Both the position numbers and the translations under genes were made by a program. The notes under the pieces were generated by a model. It worked only from the letters and a program-made list of their open reading frames with translations. It was not told the DNA's origin and did no database searches. DNA of 64,000 bases from Psilocybe cubensis (Eukaryota), in assembly GCA_017499595.2 (NCBI GenBank), contig CM039007.1, positions 496,001-560,000 on the forward strand, in the 5' to 3' direction. This document shows, one piece after another, positions 12,203-25,726 of this stretch; the stretch's first letter is position 1; each line of letters opens with the position of its first letter.

Positions 12203-12540
12203 GTGACCGGAGCGGAGGTCGACCAGCGAAAAGCTGGTGACCGGAGAGTGACGAGCGGCGAGCGATCGAGGGCGGGTCCCAGCGCGATGAGTTAGCAGGA
12301 GGCGGGAATGAAGGGGAGTGAGGCAGAATGAAGGTGGAGGTCAACGAAAGATCAGATTCGCGGGAGTATTACATAATCATTATCTAAGCAGTCCGGTGAC
12401 TCGCCGCGGTGACGGCGTCCCCAAGTCACAGGGAGTTCGCTATAGAACAAGGAGACCCCCGTGGCATTCCTTGGGGGTAGGTCACAGACGTTCTGTGACC
12501 TACCGCACAAATTTGGCCCTGGGTCACAGAGCTGGGTGAC
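12203..12540. other. Putative recombination (att-like) junction B|A
   Basis: Core at 12435-12448. Boxes at 12203, 12237, 12248, 12396, 12409, 12425, 12481, 12495, 12523, 12536. Perfect 13-bp-arm inverted repeat ggtaggtcacaga-cgt-tctgtgacctacc at 12476-12504. Confidence 0.8.
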
Positions 12541-12839
12541 TTTCACTGAGGCATTCAGTGAGCATCGCGACCTGCACCGGACAACTGCGGGTATGTGCCG
12601 CCATTGATTTTTGTCTGTGGCCTCTAGTGGCACTGGCCAATATGCGCACAACACCGGTCAAACTCATGAGTGCCATTCAACGTGAAATGACCGGTTATTT
12701 TCTTTTGGTGAGTGTCCATTCTCCATCGCTCCAGTGGCCCATCGTTGAAATCACCTAGTACAACATAATAAAAGAATGTACTCTATAAGATGTCTTATGA
12801 ATATACATTTTCCCCCACCAAATTTTTCTGAGTAAACCA

Positions 12840-15800
12840 ATGCAGTCTCGCATACTATCTCGCACCGAGTCTTCTGAGCAAGCTCAACATGCTGAAATTA
12901 TGATCCCTACGACCGACGCCAATGGTATTATCAACATATCCCGCGCTCAGTACATGTCTAGGCTAGCTGCTATACGACGGAAAGAGCCACTTCGCGAAGC
13001 ATGTATTGATGCTAATTTGGCACCACCTAAGAGTGCAAATTTAGAGCGTCTTCGAACGATGTTGACGGACTACTGGTATGTGGCACACTTTATACACTCT
13101 TATTTCTATATGCTTAGTGTGTTTTTTGGGTCGCGTTAACAGGTATCCTCCAATTGTCATGGAGGAATCAATTTCTAATGAAGTTTCTGAGCTACAATCT
13201 TCTAGCTCGCAACATGCTAGCACATCAGTTTCCGTGTTGAGAGATAATAACGACGAAATCCTTGTTCAAGAATTTGGGGTTGAAGGTGCTGCTGCTGAAG
13301 AGGTTCTTGGGTACGATGATGATAGTGATAGTGACCCTGAGGATGAATTTCGAGAGGTTCTTGAGATCAACGATGAGCTCCTAGACCACACAGCCCTCGA
13401 AGACGACGATGAATCTGACTTGGAGACTCAAATGCAAGGTGGACCATTTCCAGGCGAAAGTTACACCAAATTTCAAACTCGGATCCGGCTCGAGGAGACA
13501 AGACGTGCAGAGAATAATCGACGAGCAGGTGGAGTTAAGACTCAAAGTGCGGTTATCAAAGATTGGAAGGTCATTCATTGGCTGTCTCTATGTATACACA
13601 TTCCAAATCTAACTTGAATATCTTTCAGATCTTTTGTGGTCATGCCTTGAAGACGGGTCAAATCAAAGATGAAATTGTTGATGCCCACCATCTATTATTG
13701 TATATTCGGTACTGTTCCGAGCGACCAAAGCGAACACGCAAAGGCATTGACATACCTGGTACATTTATTGGCGCGGTAAGTCCTGATATTAGTGTATCAG
13801 ATGACGTATAAAACTTACATTGATTCTCAGTCACACATTAAGAAACTATATTTTGGTGCTCTTCGTATCCGTAAAGAGCAAGAAGCCAAAGACCCCAGTC
13901 TTTCCCAGCGGCGCCCAGCAACCAATGTCCATGTTTGGGATGCACTTAAAGGTCGTATGAATGAAGCTCTTCGACGGGCTCGAGAGTCTGTTTCTTTTTA
14001 ATCTGCTACACTGATTATAAGTTGCTAATTCCATGTCATCAGAGGCCTCATACCCGAAGAGGACGCGCCGGACATTGTGGCCAATACATTTCTCTCCGGA
14101 ATCACAGAAGCGCAGATGAACAGTGTTGGAAAAGGCTTTCTTATGCATCGAGAGTGTGAGTAACTTTTTGAATACTTTGGTGTAATAATTTGACAATGTT
14201 TTCTAGTACGTTCGGTTATCAATGGTCATTTGAGCTGGACTGCACAAAATGCATCAGGAAACCGTGGGGATGATTTCCGAGCGCTTCGACTGGCTGAGCT
14301 GCAGCCATATGTCTTTCTTCATCCAAATAAAGAGACGGCCATTCCGTGTGTTCTCGGATGTCAAGGAGAGGAGAAGGCAGGTGCTAGCAGAGGAATGAGA
14401 ACGGTAAATTTAAGCTCTCAATTCACTTGTTCCTATCTGATATATTATCTACACTATTCAGAAAGTTAATCCGGTGTATAGTGTATTTATTGCCCACCTG
14501 GATCCAGTTAAATGCCCACTGGGAGCATTTGCTTTTTATCATCATTTCCTTCACGACGTCATTGATATCACCTCAGCATTAGATATCAACTGGTCGATCA
14601 ATAAAACCTGGCGACAAGTACGTGTTCTACATGGCAAAAAGTCATATGCGACTCCATACCATGAGCAAAGCCTGTACAATCTCTATGTTAAGGCATTTTC
14701 CTCTGCTGCATTCACATCACATTTGAAAGCACATCTACCACGTCATATCCTTGGATATAATCAAGAGCGCATGGGGTAAGCTCAAATGTATTTAGTTAAA
14801 TGCTTAATGACTTATTTCAATTCAGTGTTGATCCCTCTGTAACATCTCGGATGGGATGGGTACGAGGAGAGACTTATTATGATACCTATGCACCGGCACT
14901 TCCAAAAGAGGTAAACTTTCCCCTTCATTATCCCAAAACCTACTAACTGACTGTGCACGTATTAGGCTGTACTCGGTGCACATGGATATAAATCTCATGA
15001 GGTGTATGACCCCATTTGGCGTCATGTTCACATCCCCGAGGTATTTCTGTGTCTTGTATGCCCAATGGCTGAAACAATCTATTCAGATGTTGTTGGACGA
15101 CAAAATCTGTCTGGTGCCGCAAACTACTGGTCAATGGTTATGGAGCTACGTCCCTATCTGTTCCAGGTAAGAACTTTGTTAATTGTACAGTGTTGTATTA
15201 ATGTTATACTTTAGTGTGGTGCTGCCATCTTTCAAGAAGTACCAGAATCAGCATTATTTCGGCTTCCGGCCTTTGCTCATCAAGATGTCCAGAATTGGAT
15301 GAAGCACCAGTTTCCAAACGATTTTTCTTTGTTGAAAGCGAGTGCAGGAAGCAGGGTTGATCTCCAGCGGATCCAGAATCAGCTCCTTCAGCTTGCCCTT
15401 GAAGAAACCCGATCATTACTTGCATCACAAAGTGTTCAATTAGCTGAAGTTGCTCGAATTCAGAAGATAGTTGAGCAGCGTACTCAAGTGTTATCACCGG
15501 CAAAGGGATATTCAGCAGTCCACTACTCGTCTAGAGTGTCTACAGCATCATCGGGTGTGTCACATAGCTGTTTCATGTCGTGTTTAATATTTATTGACCT
15601 CTTTTCTTAGCTGCAGTTCATGAGCCACTTCCTGCTCTGCAGCTCACAACAGCCAATCATGACACATTTGAAAGTGCTAACTGTGAAAACGACGACACCG
15701 GTGTGTATATGGCTGAAAATGGGGATTTCCGAGCATTTGCAAATGGATCTCCAAAAACCCCAACACATACCATTCGCCGGAAGCGTTCACAGGTTGATTT

Positions 15801-16540
15801 AGTGCTACCGAGTGCGTCTGCTTTCACAGAACAGGGTAGGTTATCACCTTTACCATATATATGTTTGCTAAATACAAATTTGTGAATACAGGTCAGCCAC
15901 AATTCTTTTGGCCTCCGGTCTTTGGACAGAAATCTGTGACATGGGACCAAGTATTTGCTCTTATCAAGCAACCCGAGCATTTATGGGACTGCTGGAAGCC
16001 ATCAAAGACACTTGATAAATATGATCTTCACGATCAATGGGCGTGCTGGAGTGTTGGTGAGGGGGTAAATGATGCAGATGGTAATCAGACATCTGTCAAG
16101 CCGCCTCTACGTGAGGTGGAACGTCATTTCGGATCATTCAATCCGGAGGGTAAGCATCTCAAAAGTTGGCGAAGCGGAATTTCATCCAAAGTAAGGAAAT
16201 TTGACATTTATATCAATTCAAGGACTTACAGAAAGCATAGGACCGCAAATTCTGGCAGCGGTTTCGAGAAATTCCTGAGTTTATTGACTCAGAAGCTCAT
16301 AACCGCAAGGTCTCTCCACTCTCAATTATTGATGAACTTGAGATTCTAGGCCAGCAAGACAGACGATTAAAGGGACTTTCAGCACTTACAAAGCATATCA
16401 AATTAAAACGAGAGGCTGTATCTCCACAAGCAGAGACGGAAGCTCCACAGGTAGAAGCGGAAGCCTCTCAACCAACCAAGCGGAAAAAAGCCGTAGCTCC
16501 TCGTCGTCCTTCAAAAAAGGCAAAGCAGGATGAATTATGA
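12840..16540 (+). CDS. Crypton-type tyrosine recombinase A with GCR1_C-like domain, multi-exon
   Basis: WTAQNASGNRGDDFRALRLAELQ, QGEEKA, CPLGAFAFY, AHLPRH, SRMGW, YYDTYAPALPK. C-terminal LHDQW...KPPLREVERHFG...WR...WQRFREIPEFI. Exons through the catalytic domain splice in frame with GT-AG introns. Confidence 0.87.
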
Positions 16541-16794
16541 CTATTAATTGGTATTTTTGACGCTCTTCCTTATGTACTTGACTGTACTAGTTTATCTTTC
16601 ATAGTTTGTGTATATTTATGCAGACAGAGTAGCCGCAGACAACCATGATTGTAAAGTTTCAAATAACAAGATAATAATGAATACTTAATGCCGCAGCAGC
16701 TATGCAACTTGCTTTCGTTTAAACTCTCCTTTAACTCGTCTTGATTTCAAACACACATCTTGCAATCCAACACAACAATTGCTGCATTTTCAAC

Positions 16795-18648
16795 ATGGGA
16801 ATAAATGGACTTTCAAAGGTGCGTACAACGGAATAATGTTAGGTATAGTCTTACAGTGTCAAGATAGGCGATTAAACCCATTGAGGAAAGAGCATCTCTA
16901 TACGAGAGTGCCTCTAAGGTTTCTATGGTGGTCCTCTACGAATTCTTTTCATGAAGCTGTGTTACTTTTTAAAGTATCCTGCTATCATGGTCTTTGTGTA
17001 CGATGGACCGGGACGTCCAGCACTCAAGCGTGGTCGTCGTGTCCAAAATTCTCCACCATTCTGGACAGCTCCCTCTATGGACATAGTACAAGCGTTTGGA
17101 TATTATGTCCACCAGGTATGCCATAATTTATTCTATTGAATAACACTAGTAGCTAAGTTTTGACGTTGCCTTGTTTAGGCACCCGGTGAGGCTGAGGCCG
17201 AGCTTGCTATGCTCAATCAACACGGCCTCCTTGATGCAGTCATCACAAGTGACAGTGATGTTTTTGTGTTTGGAGCGACTACAGTCTATCGCACGTATGT
17301 AGACAATGTTATCAAATTGATTGAATTGGGATTGAAATCATGATAATAGCATCCCGGCCAAAACAAGACGTTTTGAAGATGAAATTGCTGTATACACGGC
17401 TGAAAACATATCAAATGTTATAGGACTAACAAAGAAAGGTCTCATTTTAGTGGCACTACTTTGTGGAGGAGACTATGACGCAGTAGGACTCGACGGATGC
17501 GGTCCAGCTACTGCTCTTGGCCTCGCAAAATGCGGATACGGTGAAAGTCTGATTCAAATAGTTCAAACTTTTCACGGAGAGCGATTGACTGCTGCCATTG
17601 CTCAATGGCGTTTGGACCTTCAAAAGGAACTTTTCTCAAACTCCAGTGGACATCTGAGAGGAAAGGAGCGATCACTGGCCAAAAGCATTCCTGATTCTTT
17701 TCCCAGCCTTGATACACTCTCACTCTACTTGGAACCTGTAGTATCTGCCGGTGCTTCGTCCCATCTTGCTCCTGTTTATGACTTTAGGCACAGAGAACCA
17801 TCTTTGAATCGTCTTGTTATGGTGTCATCGACTCATCTGGGGTGGAATACAGAAGAAATTATAAAGGACAAGTTCAAGAGAAATGTATGGGAAGGTGTCT
17901 TTCTGCAGATGCTATACTCGGTGAGTTGTCTATACTACGTTTAAATGCAATCGTAGCTGTTATTCATTGATCTGGCATATTACAGAAGTTTATTCTTTAC
18001 GACCACACCCAGCAGATCCTTGCCACACCCAATATTCAAGCACGTTTATTCAACCGTAAAATTGCTAATCGAGCTGGTCGTATGGCACCAAATACTTCTA
18101 GATACCAAGCCAGATTATTGGTATCGGCACAAAACTTCATCGCATTGATGAACCCCTCATTTCAGTCGTCTACTAATTCGGACACATTTCGAGCTTGGGT
18201 CCATATAGATGCCTTACCGGAAAGATTGCTTCAAGGTTAGTTTTGAGACAAATGGTATTTTCAGCGCTTACATTGACCTCTAGAGCTATCTGGGGATACT
18301 AAAACCACACAAAAAGCTGACAAGTCTCGGGTCATGTTTGTTGAAGGATCTTCTGGAGATAGCAGCCAACAAGCAGCTGCATTTCCAGAGCCAACCAAGC
18401 ATCATCGGGGCGGAATTCTTGAAGCCTTGGACCATATGATGGTAGACCTTGAACATATCAAATTATTGCAGGATATTAATCAATAACGGACTGCTCAGAA
18501 GGGAGAATATGCATCCTCAACTACAAGATCCCTGTTGATTGATCCCAATGTCATCGACTTGACAGAAGATTCTGACCATGAGAAGAGATCTATATCTATC
18601 CCATCTTCGCTGCCTGAAACTGAATGCTCAATAATTGATTTGACTTAG
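16795..18648 (+). pseudogene. XPG/GEN1-like nuclease of element A copy 2 (same lesion as 401-2254)
   Basis: Repeat of 401-2254 at +16394. Confidence 0.75.
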
Positions 18649-18730
18649 TTATGCTTCCAATATGAAGACACGGACATCATCTTTGCTTGTACCTAGTCAA
18701 AGTAGTATGCATTGACTAATCTACCGTATT

Positions 18731-18794
18731 ACTCTACTGTCTGGTATGCAACTCATGACTTGACTCTACTGTCTGGTATGCAACTCATGACTTG
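18731..18794 (+). repeat. 32-bp tandem duplication (second copy)
   Basis: Repeat of 2337-2400 at +16394. Confidence 0.95.
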
Positions 18795-20351
18795 ATGGTC
18801 GGGAAAGGCTTTGATCATATTAATCTGCTTCACTAATCTGCTTTGTTTCGATGAGACTCAATAATCGATGGGCACATTGCAGGGTGCAGGGCAGAGTGCA
18901 CAGAAGCAGATGATGATGGAAATGGGATGTGCACACACGGGGTATACTTGCACGACAGAAAAAAGTGGTCCTGCACATAAAGACGGCATTGTACAGTACG
19001 ACTCAACTTAGAATGAGGCCGGTGGGGTATAGCAGTGTAGGAAAGGAAGAGGGTGAAAAACTATGGGCAATCCCAGTGTATTTCCATGCCTGAAAATTCC
19101 TGGGCCACCCATGCGAATTGAGGCACAGTATACCGCAATCTCTCCATCACCAGTCTCCCAGGCATTGATGCCTGAGGGCAGCAATGTATGCGATAATATG
19201 CGGGGCGGAGCCAACAGTGGGCAGGATGGAGATGTGACAGCGGACGGGGCAGGACGGGGCAGAGGTGATGAGGGGGATACACCACAGAGGAGAAGAAGGC
19301 AGGGGGATCCAACTTGGGTGATAAGAGAAATCGACATACGCACCTAGTGTGTCGATTCCATCAACTGCGCCTTACACCTTGCATGGATCCATCCCAGCAA
19401 AAAAAATTAGAGAGTAGTTAGCACATAAGAAAGGATGAAAGAGAGCCTGCCGGCAACGGTGTATGACCATGCCTGAGGATTCCCAGTGTGCCGGCAGGCA
19501 GAAATAAAAAGAGAGGAAAGAGTGCTCACAGACCTGTATGCTCCCAGCGCGAGCTAAGACCCACGCAATCAAATGTATCTCGCGGGAGGCCACTGGGATA
19601 AACACGGGGGGAAAGTGCAATACAATCACCCATCGCGTGGACATATGTCAGGAAGAACAAAGGAAGAGACTGGACGAGTTTCTGCTTACCTTACTCACAC
19701 ACGCAACGCCACCATGCAATGCGGGAGCAAAGTGCGACGCGACACGACGTGATTTGGATGTCGAGTCTCTACCCACAAATACTAGTAAGTTGCTCACCTT
19801 ATTTTCTCTTCCTTACCCCACCACCATAGCGCGGGAGATAAGGCCAATATGTACGACGCGACACGACGTGCCGGCCTTCGGGGTGCGTGTTTGGATGTCA
19901 AGGGCGCCGTGTCGCACTATTTGACGCCCTGCCGCGCGACTTGTGACGCAAGACTGCAGAAACTCCAAAAACAAGGTAGAGTGGCAGAAATAAACAAAGA
20001 AAATAGATTACTCACGATTGGAGAAGTGTGACGCAAGGGAGAAACACGAATCAACGCGCATTGCATAGAGCTCGCCCCATGCTGAATCGCCTGGTTGAAT
20101 CGCATGGTGCCATAATGTCTCTCTCAGCGGTGTCAAATGTACACTCGTACACTCACCTTATTGTCACATTCTATTTCCACCTCTCCTCCACACACAATGC
20201 CCTTCCTGCAACGCGAAGCGACGCGCAGTCGCGAGAACTCCGCCATCCAAGCGATGCCATGCAAATCGGGTTCGGATGTTCGGATTGGGTCGAGGGCGGC
20301 CGTTCAAGCTACCTATTGAGGCAAAGGACGGCGTCGGGGGTCGAAATTCTT

Positions 20352-20667
20352 GTGACCTGAGCGGTCGAAGTCGCGCCAAACATTGGTGACCTGGGAGTGA
20401 CGAGCGGCGAGCGATCGAGGGGCGGGTCCCAGCGAGCGGAATGGAGGTGAAGGGACGAGTAAGAAAACGAAAGGGAAAGTCAACAAAAGCCGCGGCTGAC
20501 TCAGCTTAGCTAATCATTCCCGGTGACCCAAAGCGGGTGACCGGGTCCCCAGGTCACAGGGAGTTCGCTATAGAACGAGGAGACCCCAGTGGCCTTTCTA
20601 AGGGTCCGGTCACAAGGGTTTTGTGACCGCCTGCCAAAATTGGCGGGCAGTCACCAGAGTTGGTGAC
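20352..20667. other. Putative recombination junction A|B (second copy)
   Basis: Core GTTCGCTATAGAAC at 20563-20576; same as the 4169 junction. Confidence 0.8.
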
Positions 20668-21826
20668 TTCGCTAGGGACTCAAAGTGAGCTTTATGCCGG
20701 TTCGGCGATTGTAAATCAGCCGTGCCTCGCCCTATCTCTACACAAGCTCTGTCAGCGACCACCGCCATCACCATGCCTGTCCCCCCAAACCGTCCAAGCT
20801 CACGTACACAACTGGATTTCTTCGATAAACCGCCGCTCATCAACCCTCAGTTGGCAAGACTCAAGCCAACACCATCTAGACCAACTGCAACACCGTCTAA
20901 ACCAACAAGACTGCCAATTCAAACACTAACACGCTTTCAAACGCTAACACGCTCGCCATGCACTCTCAATTCCTATATACCTTCGTTGCTCACAAGCCCC
21001 GCTATAGAGGTGGAGGGTTTGAAACTGCTCACAACGGTGGTCTGAATATAATCAAGTCAGGTACGTTATTCAATATTATGTCGATCCTTCACTTATTGAT
21101 TGTGGAAGCAGCGCAGGCAGCAGTGCTCTTCTTGCACGGCCCTCACTGTCCCACGGACAATCACCGCCCTCTGTGTTTGAGTTGCCATTGCGCAAACACT
21201 GTCTTTTTGGGCATCAGACCCACGGGTGTTCTACTACCCTCGTTCTTGCATCTCAACCATCACATTGTCTTTCCTTGCGCATCTCAAGTCTCACGCGCGC
21301 TGTGGTGTCTATTTTCTCTCACAAAAGCACACAATCCTGTTGTCGCCATCTTACTGTCTTGTTCAAAGTCGGTTTGGATCACACGTTGGAAAACCAGAAT
21401 TGTCATTGTGAGTATTTCAAGATTCCTCTATTTTTTGACACAGATGCTCAAATGCGACACCAATTAACACCAATAGTTCAGATTGATCACAGCACAGATT
21501 GCGCGCAGTGTCAATTGAGTACTGCACAGCAGGAACTAGTGGGAATTGAAGGCGGTTGGCATTTTTGGGACGGTCTTGGTTTCTTTTCGTAAATCATGTT
21601 GCTTTCATTGTATTCTCTACTCACGGGGACCAAATACAACATTTACATCGAATTATAGCTCGGGAATCCAACACAGGCCTCAATTACCATTCAGGGCATT
21701 TGTAATCAACATTCTATGTGCCTTTATTCAACAATGAAACTTGGGCCACCCGTTGAAGCATATAACTTGCATTTTATGTTTTCGCTCTTTCTTATTTTTC
21801 CTCGCTAACAGCCTGTCTACATACTC

Positions 21827-24800
21827 ATGGATGGTACTTCTTTTGAGCCTGATCCCCTACTTTCTGAACACAATGATTTGCTTTATCCATCCCGGACCTT
21901 GGATGGCACAGTTGTCTCAACTCTTGAAGAGTACTCTGCAGCACTGTATGGTTTCTTTTTCTCAACCAAATTTGACTTGTTGATGTTTCTTTTAGTGACA
22001 CTATACGACGGAAAGAGCGTTTGAGGGAAGCATGCAGCAACCTCCATCTTTCAGTCCCTAAAAGTGCTAATTTAGAGCGCCTTCGTTCAGCTCTCAAATT
22101 ATACTGGTCGGTATATTTTTCAGTTTGTGGTAGTTGATCCTTTTTATTGACTTCTGTTTGATAGGTTTCCGCTGGATAGCAGTGCCGATACTGCACCTAC
22201 TACTATCAATACTGTGAATGAAGCCACCGAAAATCAAGCTGACATTGAAGATCAACATCTTTCCGCACAATCCCACAATATCATTGACGATGGAGCTCTT
22301 ATTTCACACTTTTCGGTTGAAGGTGCAGCAGCTGATGAAATACTAGGATACGACGAGGACAATGAGTTACTTGATGAGGATGATGAATTTGGAGAAGATC
22401 TCGACAACAATGAAGACGACATCATGGATACTAGCGATGACTTTGAACAATTTGTTACTCAGACACGGGTTGACGAGGCTAAAAGATCGGAGAAAAATCG
22501 ACGAGCAGGTGGCGTAAAAACACAGTCGGCAGTTGTAAGAGACTGGAAGGTATGGTATCATGTTTTGCTAAAGCTGTACTCAGCTCATGTATTCTAGATG
22601 TTTTGTCGCCAAGCATTGGACAAGGGTGAAATTCAAGATGACATAGTTGACTGTCATCATCTGCTCCTGTATATTCGACATTCAGCAGAGCGTCCAAAGC
22701 GTACTCGCAAGGGTCTTGATATTCCGGGTACTTATCTTGGTGCTGTAAGTTTCACCAGTAACAGATCGTGAACTGTCACTCATACTATCTAGTCCCAGTT
22801 GAAGAAACTCTACTTTGGTGCATTACGGATTCGAAAAATGCAAGAGGCCCTCGATCCAACACTTGAAAAAACTCGGCCCGCTAAGTCTATTCACGTTTGG
22901 GACTGTATAAAAGGAAGGATGAATGAAGCCTTAAATCGTAGTCGAAAGTGAGTGTTATTTTTTGTATAATCTTGACAGAGTTCTTATCCAGGAATCAGTG
23001 GCTTAATTCCAGGAGAGGATGCTCCTGATATTGTTGCCAACACGTTTCTGGCAAGTGTAACCGAAGAGCAAATGGCCAAAATAGGTGGAGGGTTTTTGAT
23101 GCATCGGGAATGTGAGTTTTTCCATCCAAGACAATTCACTTTGGGTTGAGCTTGATGAGATCTTCCAAGTGCGATCTGTCATTAATGGACATCTTGCATG
23201 GGCAGCCCAAAATGCTTCTGGGAATCGAGGAGACGACTTTCGTGCACTCAAACTTGCGGAACTACAACCATATGTTTTTCTTCACCCCAATAAAGAAACT
23301 GCAGTTGAATGTGTCCTGGGACTTCAAGGCGAAGAGAAAGCTGCTGCTAACCGTGGATTGCGTACAAAAGTTAATCCGGTTTACACAGTATTTATTGCAC
23401 ATAAAGATCCAACAATATGCCCGCTTGGTGCCTTTGCGTTTTATCATCATTTCATCCATGATGTAAAGAAGCTTACCGAAGAACTTGATGTTGATTGGTC
23501 AATCAACAAAAGTTGGAGACAAGTCCGTGTTTTGCATGGCAAGACTTCTCCAACAACCCCTTACCACGAACAGAGTTTGTATAACCTTTACGTCAAGGCC
23601 TTCTCACAGGCCAATTTTATTTCAAAAATCAAGGCTCACCTTCCTCGCCATATTCTTGGTTATAGCCAAGAGAAGATGGGGTAGGTGAACTTGGTTGAAC
23701 GTATATCTCAAATCATGATTGTTAACTTGTCAAATCAATTAGCGTCGATGGGGTACACACATCAAGATTGGGATGGGTTCGTGGTGAAACATACTTTGAT
23801 ACATACGCTCCAGCAATTCCAAAAGAGGTATTTTTGTTATGACATGTTATGGTTTTTTCTCTTACACCGTTTTCTAGGCCGTTCTCGGTGCTCATGGATA
23901 CAAAACACATGAAGTATATGACCCTCTGTGGCGACGTGTCCATGTTCCAGAGGCATTTTTAAACTTGGTATGCCCTATCGCCGAGGATATTCATGCCAAA
24001 ATTGTGGGAAGAGCCAATTTGTCGGGTGCAGCCAATTATTGGGCAATGGTAATATCGCTCCGCCCATATTTATTCCAGGTTTGCTCTTTGTTATCTTTGC
24101 TACTCATCACTCATATATATTGTAGTGTGGTGCTGCAATTTACCAGAAGTATCCTGAATCCGCATTATTTCGGCTTCCAGCTTTAGCAAATCCCCAGGTC
24201 CAACACTGGATGAAAACCGAGTATCCAACAAGCCTTGCTCACTTACAAGCTAACGCAGGAAGTACAGTGGATTTGGAACGTATACAAAACAACCTTCTTC
24301 GCCTATCTCTTGAAGAAATGAGGGCGCTTTTAGCAACCCAGGCAGCAGAATTGAAGGAAATGCGTCTTTTAATTCAGCGCCGTACTGATGTTCTTTCTCC
24401 AACCAAGGGATTCTCAAATTTGTCATATCAACATAGTTTAAACGTCTCCAAAGGTATCTTGACTTAACTTGCTATTGATATATTTCTGTGAATTGATTTT
24501 TCAACTATAGTCCCGCAACCTGTATTTACGCTAGCTGTGCCAGAGAGTCCACTGGCTAACAAATCTGCCGGTCATAGTGCTACTAAAAATAGCGATGATA
24601 CGGGAATTTATGTTTTGAATGCTCCAAATGATAGCAAACAACCGGGAAGCCCACTTCGCGCCTTTGCAAATGGATCACCAAAGGTTTCTTCTGAATCCCG
24701 TTCGCGGACACAAGTTGATCTTGTATTGCCCCATGTTGACGCTTTCTCAAACCCTGGTGTGCCGTCTTATGTTTCTAACACTACTATTGTCTGAATGCTA

Positions 24801-25544
24801 ATAAATCTATGGCCACACATTAGGTGGACCACAACTGTTTTGGCCGCCTGTTCTTGGTCAGAAATCAGTGACGTGGGAGCAAGTCTTTAGACTTATCAAG
24901 CGACCCGAACTGTTATGGGATGCATGGTGTCCATCAAAGACCCTTAACAAATATACACTCAATGAACAGTGGACATGTTACAATTCTGGCGAGCCGGTTT
25001 TTAATGCTTCGGGTACTCAGACAGGTATCAAGCCTCCACTTCAGCAAGTTGAGCTGCACTTTCAGTCAGCATGGCGAACTAAACCAGCAGTATGGTTTAA
25101 TTATCTTTTTCGAGCTGTATACATGGTTTAATCCTTTCCTTTTGTATACTAGGCACGTAAGGCGTGGCAGCGCTTTCGCGAAATTCCGGAGTTTATTCAT
25201 TCCGAGTCTACTTTACGTGGTGTATCCCCACAAATTGTAATCGAAGAGCTTGAAAAATCTGCTACAGGGGGCAATGGCAGAGTGAAGGGACTCTCAGCAA
25301 TCACTGATGAAATCTATGCACAACGCATAGCAAAGGCGCAAGCATCAAAAGATGTACGCATATTTTAAAACAAACTTCTGACCACCTCTAAATTCAATTT
25401 TAGGTAATATCTGCTAGTGTTCAAAGCACAAACTCCAATAGCACTCAAAGTGTATCTACAGAGCCGCCCATCGGTAGAAAAAAACGGCAAGCACCAGTTG
25501 CTCCAAGGAGGCGCACAAAAAATTTAGTTGAACCATCAGCATAG
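21827..25544 (+). CDS. Crypton-type tyrosine recombinase B, copy 2
   Basis: Repeat of 5433-9150 at +16394. Confidence 0.85.
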
Positions 25545-25726
25545 TGTAATCGATGACAGTGTAACCTTACTTAGTAGTATTGAGCCCGCACGTAACTTAG
25601 TTTGAGAAGTCTCATAATACAATGGTCATACTCTTATATCAACAATCCAATCTGAGTTATTTGACATCTCTTTTATCCATACACACAACACAGCGGCAAA
25701 TCACATTGACAAGTTGATAATTGACA

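Larger units (their letters stand above)
4183..12448 (+). mobile_element. Crypton-like element family B, copy 1 (8,266 bp, complete)
   Basis: Bounded by identical core sites; contains an intact tyrosine recombinase and an intact XPG-like nuclease in tandem. The exact crossover position within or near the core is uncertain by a few bp. Confidence 0.85.
12449..20576 (+). mobile_element. Crypton-like element family A, copy 2 (8,128 bp, complete)
   Basis: Bounded by core sites 12435-12448 and 20563-20576; intact recombinase plus disrupted XPG-like gene. Confidence 0.85.

Noticed and set aside
12030-12344. Minus-strand ORF sharing SIARRSSL.GHQ...LRSQ.FRPPTPS with 3770-4020
   Set aside because: The similarity overlaps the conserved terminal DNA boxes, the frame breaks upstream (gggg vs ggg), and there is no shared ATG. 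Better explained by DNA-level constraint, though a spliced micro-gene is not excluded.
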